58,673 bases of DNA from Alphaproteobacteria bacterium (GCA_022826185.1 JAJDVH010000011.1:1-58673), one strand, 5' to 3'; positions 26,623 to 35,662 are shown, counted from the stretch's first letter. Notes: generated from the letters alone by a model not told the origin. Numbers and translations: made by a program.

Positions 26623-27356
26623 CCGATCCGGTCCAGCCGGTCGATTTCGCGCGCGTCGGTATCCATCGTGGCGAGCATTCCGGTTGCGGCCTCGTGGAAA
26701 CGGGCAAGCGATTCCGGGGCTCCCTTGAGGTCCGCCGCCTGACCTTCGGCCATCGCCAGCAGAGAGGTGTCGCTTTGCCTCAGCATGTCCAGAACGGGGC
26801 GCAACACCCATCGGGCAAACACGGAAACGAGCAGGAGGCAAATCGCGAATACGACAGCGGCGATACCGAGAACCGTGATCGTCGCGCGCTCCAGCAACGG
26901 GGCGCTGTGCCGGACTTCGCTCTCCAGCAGGACGCCGCCGACGACCTTCCCGAAATTATTGATAAGGGGGCTGCCCACGGTCACGGCCCTCTCATCGGCT
27001 TCGATCCAGCGTCCGGTCCGGTCGCTGATTTCCACCGTCGTGCCGAGGTCCGTCTGGTCGGTGGAGAACACGACCCGGCCATTGGCTCCGAAGACCAGCA
27101 GGCGGTCGATATCGGGGTCGGCGGCCTGGGTCCGGTCGAGTATGGCGGCAATCTCCGGAATGGTTTCCAGCCGGAGACCCAGATCCGTCCGGACGGTAAT
27201 TGTGTGGGCGATCTCATCGACGGTGAAGCCGAAATGAGATGTCTTGACCGTCCTGAGTTCGCGGTCGAACGTGTCCAGCGCGGCATAAACGACGAACGCG
27301 AGCGACAGGGCGACGCCAACAAGAAGCGCCAGTCCCAACTTGATCCGCAGTCTCAT
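26619..27356 (-). CDS. Two-TM membrane protein with an extracytoplasmic Cache/PAS-like domain and no output domain
   Basis: Motifs TDLGLRL and GSPLINNFGKVVGGV. Paralogue of 19836-20588. ATGA overlap with the phosphatase gene. Confidence 0.75.
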   Translation of the reverse strand: MRLRIKLGLALLVGVALSLAFVVYAALDTFDRELRTVKTSHFGFTVDEIAHTITVRTDLGLRLETIPEIAAILDRTQAADPDIDRLLVFGANGRVVFSTDQTDLGTTVEISDRTGRWIEADERAVTVGSPLINNFGKVVGGVLLESEVRHSAPLLERATITVLGIAAVVFAICLLLVSVFARWVLRPVLDMLRQSDTSLLAMAEGQAADLKGAPESLARFHEAATGMLATMDTDAREIDRLDRIG

Positions 27357-27440
27357 GATCGCCGGCCTGCTCCGCCGCCATCGACTCGGTTAATCTTAGC
27401 GCGTGCCGCCATAGCCGCGCCAGCGTCCCGCTTCACGCGC

Positions 27441-29018
27441 CTATAAGTCCCTGTCCGGTTCCGCATCCCAACACTCGCCAATCCCGCGCTCCCGCAATTC
27501 GTGGCGCGCAATCTCGTTCTTGGTCATCGTCCGCGGAAACTCATCCACGAACTCGATATAGCGCGGCGCCTTGAAATAGGCGATTCGTTCGCGGCACCAG
27601 TGGACGAGCGCTTGCGGGTCCACCGAGGCGGAAACCTGCACATAGGCCTTGATGTCCTCTTCTCCGAGATCGGAGGGCACGCCTACACAGGCGCAGTCGA
27701 CGACGGCGTCGTGGGCGGTGATCGCCTTCTCGACCTCGAAGGCCGAAACATTCTCGCCGCGCCGGCGGATCCAGTGGGCCTCGCGGCCGACAAAGTGGAC
27801 ATAGCCGTCCTCGTCGAGCCAGCCGAGGTCGCCCGAGTGGTACCAGAGATTGCGCCAGGCGGAGAGGGTTGCCTCCGGCTTGTTGATGTATTCGATCATG
27901 TAGGTGTTCGGTACTTTGGGCCGCAGCAGGAGCTGCCCGGTCGTGCCCGCCGGCACCGGGTTGTCGTCCGCATCGACGACCAGAAGCTCCGTCCATCCGT
28001 GCGGCCGGCCGCATGTGCCGATCTTGCGGTCGTGCAGCCGTTCGGAGCAGATCAGCACGCCCATCTCCGTCATCGCATACACCTCGAGCATGGGAATTCC
28101 GAACCGGGCCTCGAACTCGTCCCGCAGCTCGCGCCGGACCTGGCCCGAGGCGATGCCCACCCCGACCTTGACCCGGTGCGAGCGGTCGAGCCCGCTCTCC
28201 GGGCGGCGCAGCAGCACCGACATCATTGTCCCCAGCGGGTCGATGATGGTGGCCCCGTGGCGATGCACCGTCTCCCAGTAGCGCGAGGCGCTGAACCATT
28301 TGTGCATCACGCCCGTCATGCCCGTGTAGAGCGGCCCGGTGACGCCGAATTGCTGGCCGCCGATATGGAAGAAGTGCGAGTTGGCGAAATGCACGTCGTC
28401 CGGCCGCGCTTCGGCGATCTCCGCATAACGAATGGCCGCCGCGATGTAATAGAGGTGGGAGACGAGTACGCCTTTCGGCATGGAGGTGCTGCCGCCGGTA
28501 TAGACGATCGCAACAGGATCCGTCGGTCCGACCTGGGCCTCCGGCAACGCCTCGGAACCTGTCAGCAGCTCGTCCCAGGCGGCGTAGCCAGCGCATGGCG
28601 CGCCGTGGACCATCACTTCCGGAGGCGAGGCGAAACGGTCCGCCGCCGCTTCGCAGACATCCATCAGTTCGTCGTCGGCGACCAGCAGTTTCGCGCCGGT
28701 ATCGTTCAGGCTGTAGGCGAGGTCGTCACGGGCCAGCGACACGTTCAGCGCCGCATAGACGGCGCCGATCTTGGCGCAGGCGAACCAGATGATCTCCTGC
28801 GCCAGCGAGTTGTACATGAAGGTCGCGACGACATCGCCCTTGGCCAGGCCGCGCTCCAGGAGCGCGTTGGCGACGCGGTTCGAGAGCCGGTCGGCATCCG
28901 CATAGGTCAGTGTCTCGTCCCGGCAAATTAGCAACGGCTTGTCGCCCAGCGAAGCCCGCATCGTCACCAGGTCGCGCAGGGTGGTCGCATGCGGCGTTTC
29001 GCCCATGATGCGGATCAT
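27441..29018 (-). CDS. CaiC-like acyl-CoA ligase (AMP-binding)
   Basis: YTGGSTSMPKG, YAMTE, WYHSGD and RRRGENVSAFEVE motifs. Confidence 0.88.
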   Translation of the reverse strand: MIRIMGETPHATTLRDLVTMRASLGDKPLLICRDETLTYADADRLSNRVANALLERGLAKGDVVATFMYNSLAQEIIWFACAKIGAVYAALNVSLARDDLAYSLNDTGAKLLVADDELMDVCEAAADRFASPPEVMVHGAPCAGYAAWDELLTGSEALPEAQVGPTDPVAIVYTGGSTSMPKGVLVSHLYYIAAAIRYAEIAEARPDDVHFANSHFFHIGGQQFGVTGPLYTGMTGVMHKWFSASRYWETVHRHGATIIDPLGTMMSVLLRRPESGLDRSHRVKVGVGIASGQVRRELRDEFEARFGIPMLEVYAMTEMGVLICSERLHDRKIGTCGRPHGWTELLVVDADDNPVPAGTTGQLLLRPKVPNTYMIEYINKPEATLSAWRNLWYHSGDLGWLDEDGYVHFVGREAHWIRRRGENVSAFEVEKAITAHDAVVDCACVGVPSDLGEEDIKAYVQVSASVDPQALVHWCRERIAYFKAPRYIEFVDEFPRTMTKNEIARHELRERGIGECWDAEPDRDL

Positions 29019-30718
29019 CTCTCGCCTCCTCGGTCGAGCATGGGTGCAGGTTTGCGGAAGGGCGCCCGGTGTCCGTTCACGCGCCAGGGAGAAGCGACCA
29101 GAAGCTCCTTGCCGGTCACCGGGTGCTGCGCCTCGATCCAGCCGGAGCAGTCCGCGAAGACAGGCGAGGCATCGCTTTCATCCAGTTCCACGACAGCGGC
29201 GGTCATCGGCAGGGCCGGGCCAGCCGCGGGCGTTGCGGCGAGCGCGGCCGCCGCTTCGATCTGCGAGAGGTCGAGCGCCCGCCCCTGCCCGTCCCGGTCG
29301 CGGGCCACGAGCGCAGCGAGGGCCGCCAATGCCGCGAAACAGGCGGCGTTCGGGTCGCTGATCGAGAAGGTGGGCGAGCCTATGAACGCGCCCGCATCGT
29401 CCCGGATGAGTATTTCGGCGCCGGCGAGCGCACTCAGCACCAGCCCGTAGGAGCGCAGGCGCTCGACTGCCGAACCGTTGCCCGGTCCGCTCATCGACAG
29501 GCTCACCAGCCCCGGATTCGCGCGCGCCAGCACTTCGCGGCCAAGGCCCATGCGGTCCATCGTCCCAACGGTGAAATTCTCGATCAGCAGGTCGGCCCGG
29601 CTCACCAGCTCAAGCAGCCGCGTCCTGCCTTCGTCCGACTTGAGGTTGAGCGACAGCCCGGTCTTGTTTCGGTTCAGGCTGTGGAAGTAGAAAGAGCTCT
29701 CGAGCCGGACATGCTCGTCCATCTGGCCCCGCAGATGTTCCAGGCCCCGTGTGCGGTAGAGGTCGAACCGGCCGGGAGACTCGACCTTGATTACCTCCGC
29801 GCCGAGGTCCGCGAGAAGCTGGCCGACCATAGGCCCCGACCAGATCCAGCAGAGCTCGACGCAGACCAGCCCCTCCAGCGGTCCCGCGCGCCCGCCTCGT
29901 TTCCGGTGGTCCGCAGCGCTTCCGCGACCCGTAGGCTCAGCCAGAAACGGCATCGCCGGTTCCTCGAAGCCGGGCCGGAACACGCCTCGCTCCAGCGCCT
30001 CGCCATAGCTGTAGACGGGGGCGATCACCGCGCCTTCCTCCAGGCCGCGTGCGAGCAGGTCGTCGCGCGCCTTGTCCGCCAGCGTTTCCTCCAGCAGCGC
30101 ATCCGCCTCGGCGCTGTCCCTTGCCAGCGCGAACGGGTTGTCGAAGCCGGGTCTGCGCGCCCATTCCGGGTCGCCGAGCGCCGTCGCGATTCGCCGCCAG
30201 TCCCGCCGCGAACGCCCGAGCAGTGCGACATGGCCGTCCCGGCAAGCGAAAAAACCCATCGGGAAGATGAGGCCGTGCTCGACGCAGATCCGCCCGTTGC
30301 GCTTCCACAGCCGGCGGCGTTCCTCCGGCGTGCCGGAGTTCTGGAGCGCAAAGGCGCGCATGATGTCCGCTGCGGACGCATCGTATTCCGGCGCGCCGCC
30401 GTCCGTTCCGCGCCAGGCTTCGGCGAGCGCCAGCATCGCCCCGACGAGCCCGCACCATTTCTCCGGCATGTCCGCCGGCAGCGGCAGGCCCGGACCACCG
30501 CCATGCCCGATGACAGCGGCAGGCCCGGCGACCGCAGAGGCGTCCGCGCCGCTGCCTTCCATGCCGACCTGGAAATCCCAGAGACGGATCGGCGGACCTC
30601 CCGGCGCCGCTGCGGCTCCGGCCAGTTCAAGCCACATGTACGCATAGGCGGGCGCGCGGCCCTTCCCCTCGAACGAGGCCGGGACAGTCCCTACCGGCAG
30701 CCGGCGCATCGCCTTCAT
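29015..30718 (-). CDS. CoA transferase family III (CaiB/BaiF) with tandem domains
   Basis: GPLEGL...LADLGAEVIKVESP, NRNK and ADLLIENF motifs. Preceded by a partial CaiB-like domain (PMGFFACRDGHV). Confidence 0.85.
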   Translation of the reverse strand: MKAMRRLPVGTVPASFEGKGRAPAYAYMWLELAGAAAAPGGPPIRLWDFQVGMEGSGADASAVAGPAAVIGHGGGPGLPLPADMPEKWCGLVGAMLALAEAWRGTDGGAPEYDASAADIMRAFALQNSGTPEERRRLWKRNGRICVEHGLIFPMGFFACRDGHVALLGRSRRDWRRIATALGDPEWARRPGFDNPFALARDSAEADALLEETLADKARDDLLARGLEEGAVIAPVYSYGEALERGVFRPGFEEPAMPFLAEPTGRGSAADHRKRGGRAGPLEGLVCVELCWIWSGPMVGQLLADLGAEVIKVESPGRFDLYRTRGLEHLRGQMDEHVRLESSFYFHSLNRNKTGLSLNLKSDEGRTRLLELVSRADLLIENFTVGTMDRMGLGREVLARANPGLVSLSMSGPGNGSAVERLRSYGLVLSALAGAEILIRDDAGAFIGSPTFSISDPNAACFAALAALAALVARDRDGQGRALDLSQIEAAAALAATPAAGPALPMTAAVVELDESDASPVFADCSGWIEAQHPVTGKELLVASPWRVNGHRAPFRKPAPMLDRGGER

Positions 30719-31860
30719 GCGAGCGGCAGGGGCACCGGCCCCTTCCGGCGCGAGGGCAACGCCACGGTTGCCGTCCCGAAAGCGGAAACGGCGTCCGCCT
30801 GGTTCCGCGCCTCGACATCAAGGTCGGCAAACATGGCGCCGCCGGCTTCCCGCTTGCCGGTCACCCTGCCCCGCCACCAGATCGTGTCGCCGACGAGGTT
30901 GGGCCGGCGCACCGACACATTCAGCCGGTGCAGGAAGCCATGGTCGCCGACCCAGTCGGTCAGCATGTGCTGCGCCCAGGCGATGCGCTGCGGCCCGACA
31001 TCGTAGGCTCCGCCCATGCCGACATCACGGCCCGTCGCGGCTTCGAGATGGCCTCGCCCCGCCGCGTCCTTGGCGCCCGTCTCCGGGTTGATGTGGTAGT
31101 CGTCATGGCGGCGCCGGTAGCGCACGGCGTCTCCATGCGCGCCGCCATAGGGCATGGCCCCCTGCGTCGCCGAATACCATGCCACGATATCGGTGATGGT
31201 GAGCGGCCCCTTGACGACCGGGGGAACCGCATCGCCGACACTGATATCCTCCCAGAAGAGCGGCTCCGGTCCGCGCCGCTGCTCGGCCAGAATTTCCCGC
31301 TCGATCCCTTCAAGTTCCCCCGCCGTGTAGCGGTGCGCCCCGGCGCCTGCGACTTCACCGCCCCGCTCCGCCTTCAATTGCTCGCCGCGCGGCGTCCGGG
31401 CTACCTGCCCGACCGCCTTGGCGATCTGCCGACCGTTGCTGTCGCGATAGCCTATCTCGCCTGTCTGCAACACCCATCGGGCGAAACGCCGGCCGGATTT
31501 CACTTCCTGGCGCACCAGCCGCGCCTCGACCTCGAAGCGCGTGTCGAGGCGGATGCGGTCGAACCAGGTGAAGTCCGTCCCCGCATAGATCCACTGCACG
31601 CCGGAGAGCTTGGGCGCCACGATGGTCATGTCCACGGCGTAGAGGATGCAGGGCGGCGCCACGATGCCGCCGGCGGGCGACGCCCGGGCATGGTCCTCAT
31701 CCAGCCAGAGCGGATTATCGTCGCCCACGCCCCAGGCGAAATGCCGGATGGCGTCGCGCGTTGCGGTCTCGATCCATTGCAGCCGGGACCGGCGCAGGGG
31801 TTGTCCGATCAGCGCGGCCGCTTCCGCCAGCCGCTCTTCGGTAATCTCCCCCCAGGCCAC
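30715..31860 (-). CDS. Tandem MaoC/FAS1-like hotdog dehydratase
   Basis: DAIRHFAWGVGDDNPLW in the first domain; FWEDISVGD and RRPNLVGD in the second. Confidence 0.82.
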   Translation of the reverse strand: MAWGEITEERLAEAAALIGQPLRRSRLQWIETATRDAIRHFAWGVGDDNPLWLDEDHARASPAGGIVAPPCILYAVDMTIVAPKLSGVQWIYAGTDFTWFDRIRLDTRFEVEARLVRQEVKSGRRFARWVLQTGEIGYRDSNGRQIAKAVGQVARTPRGEQLKAERGGEVAGAGAHRYTAGELEGIEREILAEQRRGPEPLFWEDISVGDAVPPVVKGPLTITDIVAWYSATQGAMPYGGAHGDAVRYRRRHDDYHINPETGAKDAAGRGHLEAATGRDVGMGGAYDVGPQRIAWAQHMLTDWVGDHGFLHRLNVSVRRPNLVGDTIWWRGRVTGKREAGGAMFADLDVEARNQADAVSAFGTATVALPSRRKGPVPLPLA

Positions 31861-31866
31861 CGCGTC

Positions 31867-32952
31867 TTACTCGGCGGCGCGGAGCGGCGCGGCCCCCGTT
31901 TCCATCCGCTTCAGTTCCGGCAGCACCTCGGCGGCGAAGAGCCGCAGCATGTCGAGCGTCCGCTCCACCCCGTAATAAGGCGGATAGTGAATCATCAGCG
32001 AGGTCGTGCCGACATCGCGGAAGGCCTCGATCTTGCGCAGCACCGTGTCCGGCGAGCCGTGCAGGATCGTGTCCTTTACAAGATGCTCGTAGGCGAACTG
32101 GCTCTCGTCCGCCTTCTCGGTCACGTCGCCCAGATAGCGCCCGACCGCGCCGCTCAGGAAGGTCTTCATGTGGTGGGTGATGCCAGCCTCGCTCTCTTCG
32201 CGGGCTTTGGCGTCGGTCGGCGCCACATAGGTCATGCGGACCACGTCCACCTCGCCGAAGGCCGGGTTGGCGTTGAGCGGGGCCGGCGCTTCGCCCATAT
32301 GCTCGCGATAGACTGCGATGTGTTCGCCGATGGTGGCGGCGGAAGGCAGCGAGGACTGCATGAGGCCGAAACCGTTCCGCGCCGCCATGCGGATCGAGCC
32401 CTCCGTGCCGGCCCCCATGTAGAACGGCGGGTGGGGCTGCTGCACCGGCTGCGGGAAGACCTCGTAGATGTCGTCCATCCCGATCCTGAAATACTTGCCG
32501 TCGGCATTCACCCGCTTCTTGTGGAAGCCGTCGAGAATGAGCGGAATCGCTTCCGCCTGGATTTCGCGGCGTTCCTCATAGCTGATGCCGAGGCCCTCGA
32601 ACTCATAGGGCCGGTAGCCCGATCCGAGGCCGAGCTGGAAGCGCCCGTTGCTCAGGATATCGACGAAGGCCGCATTCTCGACGATGCGCATGGGGTGGTG
32701 CAGCGGCACGACCATGACGGCGGCGCCGAGCTGGATTCTCGTCGTCTTCGCAGCCAGATAGGAGAGATAGCTGAACGGATCCGGCAGGATGCCGTATTTG
32801 TTGGAAAAGTGGTGTTCGGCGATCCACACGCTGTCGAAGCCGAGTTCCTCCGCCTCCAGGATTTCGCGGGTGGTGCGCTCATGGATGGCCTGGTGCGGAT
32901 AGGGCTCGGACTTCGGGTCCGGGTGCGAGGTGAAGAGAATGCCGACCTTCAT
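31867..32952 (-). CDS. LLM class flavin-dependent oxidoreductase
   Basis: AEELGFDSVWIAEHHF, PLHHPMRIVE, GRFQLGLGSGY and PVQQPHPP motifs. Confidence 0.92.
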   Translation of the reverse strand: MKVGILFTSHPDPKSEPYPHQAIHERTTREILEAEELGFDSVWIAEHHFSNKYGILPDPFSYLSYLAAKTTRIQLGAAVMVVPLHHPMRIVENAAFVDILSNGRFQLGLGSGYRPYEFEGLGISYEERREIQAEAIPLILDGFHKKRVNADGKYFRIGMDDIYEVFPQPVQQPHPPFYMGAGTEGSIRMAARNGFGLMQSSLPSAATIGEHIAVYREHMGEAPAPLNANPAFGEVDVVRMTYVAPTDAKAREESEAGITHHMKTFLSGAVGRYLGDVTEKADESQFAYEHLVKDTILHGSPDTVLRKIEAFRDVGTTSLMIHYPPYYGVERTLDMLRLFAAEVLPELKRMETGAAPLRAAE

Positions 32953-33053
32953 GGAAGACGCGCCTTTCGTGATCCGGCTTGTTCGCGAAGCCCTACCCTA
33001 GCAGGATGGCGCGGCTGCTGCACGGGGCCGGCGCAAGCCCGGCCCGGCCTGCC

Positions 33054-33143
33054 GGATGGGTGGCAGAGCGGTTGAATGCACCGGTCTTGAAAACCGGCGT
33101 GGGCGCAAGTCCACCGTGGGTTCGAATCCCACCCCATCCGCCA
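33054..33143 (+). tRNA. tRNA-Ser (anticodon TGA)
   Basis: Acceptor stem GGATGGG/CCCATCC followed by GCCA, anticodon loop CTTGAAA, long variable arm and TTCGAAT T-loop. Confidence 0.97.
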
Positions 33144-33167
33144 GCAGGGGTCGGGAATCCGTCCTGG

Positions 33168-33312
33168 CGGATCGCCGGCGCAAGCGCCTCCAGCACAAAG
33201 GCCGGGCGCGCGCCGGCAAGCACGGTGGAGCTTTCGAGTTTCACCGGGCCATCCGGCGCTTGCAGGTCCAGCATGACCGTCTCACGCACATTACCCGATA
33301 TGTCGATGCGCC
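33168..33312 (-). pseudogene. Uma2 C-terminal fragment (diverged direct repeat of 34170-34314)
   Basis: RIDISGNVRETVMLDLQAPDGPVKLESSTVLAGARPAFVLEALAPAIR matches the C-terminus of the intact gene. No N-terminal part. Confidence 0.8.
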
Positions 33313-33547
33313 GGTGATGCAGACGGGTCTGCCGCTCGTGCTGGCGCCCGTAGCGTCGGGGCCGGACGGGAATGCGCTTGAGCATTCGCGTTTATCTTGT
33401 ATTGTCTCCGGGCGTTGCCAAGTCGTGTTTGCTGACTCGTTTGTCCGCGGAAGCGGACAACCAGACTTCCTTCTCGACATTGTGAACGTCTTCGAGGAGT
33501 GGCGTATGCAGCGCCGCCCCGCCCCAATTTCGCGAAAGGAAGCGAAC

Positions 33548-33757
33548 ATGACTACCGGTACTGTCAAATGGTTCAACCCCGCCAAGGGCTATGGCTTCAT
33601 TGCGCCCGAGGATGGCTCCACGGACGTATTCGTCCATATCAGCGCCGTCGAGAGGGCCGGCCTTTCCACGCTGAACGAGGGGAGCAGGCTGTCTTTCGAA
33701 GTCGTCGCGGGACGGAACGGCAAGATGTCCGCCGAACAGCTCTCGCTCGCCGACTAG
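33548..33757 (+). CDS. Cold-shock protein (CspA family)
   Basis: GTVKWFN, KGYGFI and DVFVHISA motifs. AAGGA RBS upstream. Confidence 0.95.
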   Translation: MTTGTVKWFNPAKGYGFIAPEDGSTDVFVHISAVERAGLSTLNEGSRLSFEVVAGRNGKMSAEQLSLAD

Positions 33758-33817
33758 CATCCTGCCGGGGCGGCCGCGGCCGCCCCGGACCCCGACCCGT
33801 CCAGCAGAAAGAGCCGA

Positions 33818-34003
33818 ATGGCCCGGAGACCGAACTACAGTTTCGAACGGTACCAGCGCGATCTCGCGAAGGCCGAGAAGAAAGCGGCGCGGCGGGAAGC
33901 GCGGTCCCGGAAAAAGGAAAGATCTGTGAACGAAGGCCAGGCAGGCGAGGACGCCGGGCAGGCAGGCGACCGCCCGGATGAAGAGACTCTGCCGCCGGAG
34001 TAG
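33818..34003 (+). CDS. Small charged hypothetical protein
   Basis: 61 aa, MARRPNYSFERYQRDLAKAEKK..., purine-rich RBS-like sequence upstream, directly after the csp gene. Confidence 0.6.
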   Translation: MARRPNYSFERYQRDLAKAEKKAARREARSRKKERSVNEGQAGEDAGQAGDRPDEETLPPE

Positions 34004-34117
34004 CCTGCACTGCAGGCAGTCCGCACGCCGATTTCCCATCCGCGCCGTCGCCGATCGATTCCGCTTGCGGCGCGCTCCGGCGCCGGCAGCCTGTGGCTGA
34101 GGCGCCCGTCGACGCCC

Positions 34118-34789
34118 CTAATCGGAAAGCCGCTCGGCAATCAGCGCGTCGAGTTCCGGGAATCGCCTTCGGATCGCCAGCGCAAGCGCCTCCAGCACGA
34201 AGGCCGGGGTCGCGCCGGAAAGCACGGCGGAGCTTTCGAGTTCCGCTGGGCCGCCGGGCGCTTGCAGGTTCAGCATGACGGCCTCGCGGACATTGCCCGA
34301 TATGTCGATGCGCCACATTTCCGGGACACCGAGGCGCCTGTAGGCGAGCGGCTTGTCGTCGTCGCCGCTGCTGCGCTCGACTTCGATGACGAGATCGGGC
34401 GGGTTCTCCAGCGCAAAGGCGTCCTGCGCATCCTCGTCGAGCGGGAATGTTTCGTCCCAGCGTTCGGCCGTCTCACCCAGATAGTAGCAGGCATCGGGTT
34501 CGGCCCCCGTATTGCGCGGGTCCTCCGGCCTGCGCCAGCGCGTGGAGCCCAGCGGCGCGACAGGAACCCCCCTTCTGGCGATAGCATCCATCACCCGGTC
34601 CGCGCCCCTCGAAAAACGCTCATGCGATGAGGATGGGGTCATGAGGTCCACGAAACCCGTCGCCGGATCGATGAATACCCGACGCGCCAGCAGGTTCCAG
34701 TCGAATTTCTCCGTCAGCAGGGGCACCGCTTCCGGGTCGAGGCGGAACCGGACATATTCCGAGCCCATGCTGCCCGTTACCCGTTCCAT
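34118..34789 (-). CDS. Uma2 family (DUF820) PD-(D/E)XK endonuclease-like protein
   Basis: MTPSSSHE, GAEPDACYY, PPDLVIEVE and YRRLGVPEMWRID motifs. GGAGGAG RBS upstream. Confidence 0.85.
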   Translation of the reverse strand: MERVTGSMGSEYVRFRLDPEAVPLLTEKFDWNLLARRVFIDPATGFVDLMTPSSSHERFSRGADRVMDAIARRGVPVAPLGSTRWRRPEDPRNTGAEPDACYYLGETAERWDETFPLDEDAQDAFALENPPDLVIEVERSSGDDDKPLAYRRLGVPEMWRIDISGNVREAVMLNLQAPGGPAELESSAVLSGATPAFVLEALALAIRRRFPELDALIAERLSD

Positions 34790-34861
34790 ATCGCTCCTCC
34801 TCCACCCGCCCGAGCCGTCATCAGTATAGCCAGAGCCGGCGAAGGCGTCCCGCCCTGCCCT

Positions 34862-35623
34862 TCACGCATTCGACACCGAATGCCCGCCGTCCACGGCGAG
34901 CAGCTGGCCGGTGACATAAGCCGAGGCGTCGGAGAGGAGGAAGAGCAGCGGCGCGGCGAGGTCTTCCGGTCGGCCCAGGCGGCCCATGGGCACGCGGCGC
35001 ATCAGCGCCTGCCCCGGCGGCGACGCGAAGAACTCCGCGTTGAGGTCGGTCAGCACATAGCCGGGCGCCAGCGTGTTCACCCGTACGCGGTCGCGGGCAA
35101 GCTCCGCGGCCAAGACGCGCGTCAGATGATGAAGCCCGGCCTTGGACGCCGCATAGCCAACGGCGCCGCGCCCGGTGCGCAGGCCCAGCAGCGAGCCGAT
35201 ATTGACGATGCTGCCGCCTTCGCCGCGCGCAACCATCCGCTTCGCCGCTTCCTGCGCCACGAACCAGGCGCCCGTAAGGTTGGTGTCGATGACGCGGCGC
35301 CAGTCTTCTTCTTGGGTTTCCAGCAGCCGGCGGGTCACAGCGACGCCGGAGTTGTTCACCACCGCATGGACGGGCCCAAGCGCCTCCTCGGCAGCGTCGA
35401 AGCCGGCGACAACCCGGTCGCGGTCCGTCACGTCCATGGAAATCGTTGCGGCGCCGTCGATCCCGGCAGCCACCTCGGCCAGCGCCTCCATGTCCCGCGC
35501 CGCCAGCGCCACGCGCGCGCCTGCCGCCGCCGCAATCTCGGCGAAACCCCGACCGAGGCCGCGCGACGCGCCGGTAACCAGCACTGTCCTGCCGTCGAGC
35601 CGCAGTATTCCGTCGACAGACAC
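34862..35623 (-). CDS. Short-chain dehydrogenase/reductase
   Basis: TGASRGLG, NNSG and YAASK motifs. Confidence 0.92.
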   Translation of the reverse strand: MSVDGILRLDGRTVLVTGASRGLGRGFAEIAAAAGARVALAARDMEALAEVAAGIDGAATISMDVTDRDRVVAGFDAAEEALGPVHAVVNNSGVAVTRRLLETQEEDWRRVIDTNLTGAWFVAQEAAKRMVARGEGGSIVNIGSLLGLRTGRGAVGYAASKAGLHHLTRVLAAELARDRVRVNTLAPGYVLTDLNAEFFASPPGQALMRRVPMGRLGRPEDLAAPLLFLLSDASAYVTGQLLAVDGGHSVSNA

Positions 35624-35662
35624 GCTTCCCTCCCTTCAGGGCCGCTCCTATATTGCCCGCCC

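Noticed and set aside
33054-34789. Prophage or integrative element at tRNA-Ser
   Set aside because: No integrase seen and no duplicated tRNA 3' end found in the window.
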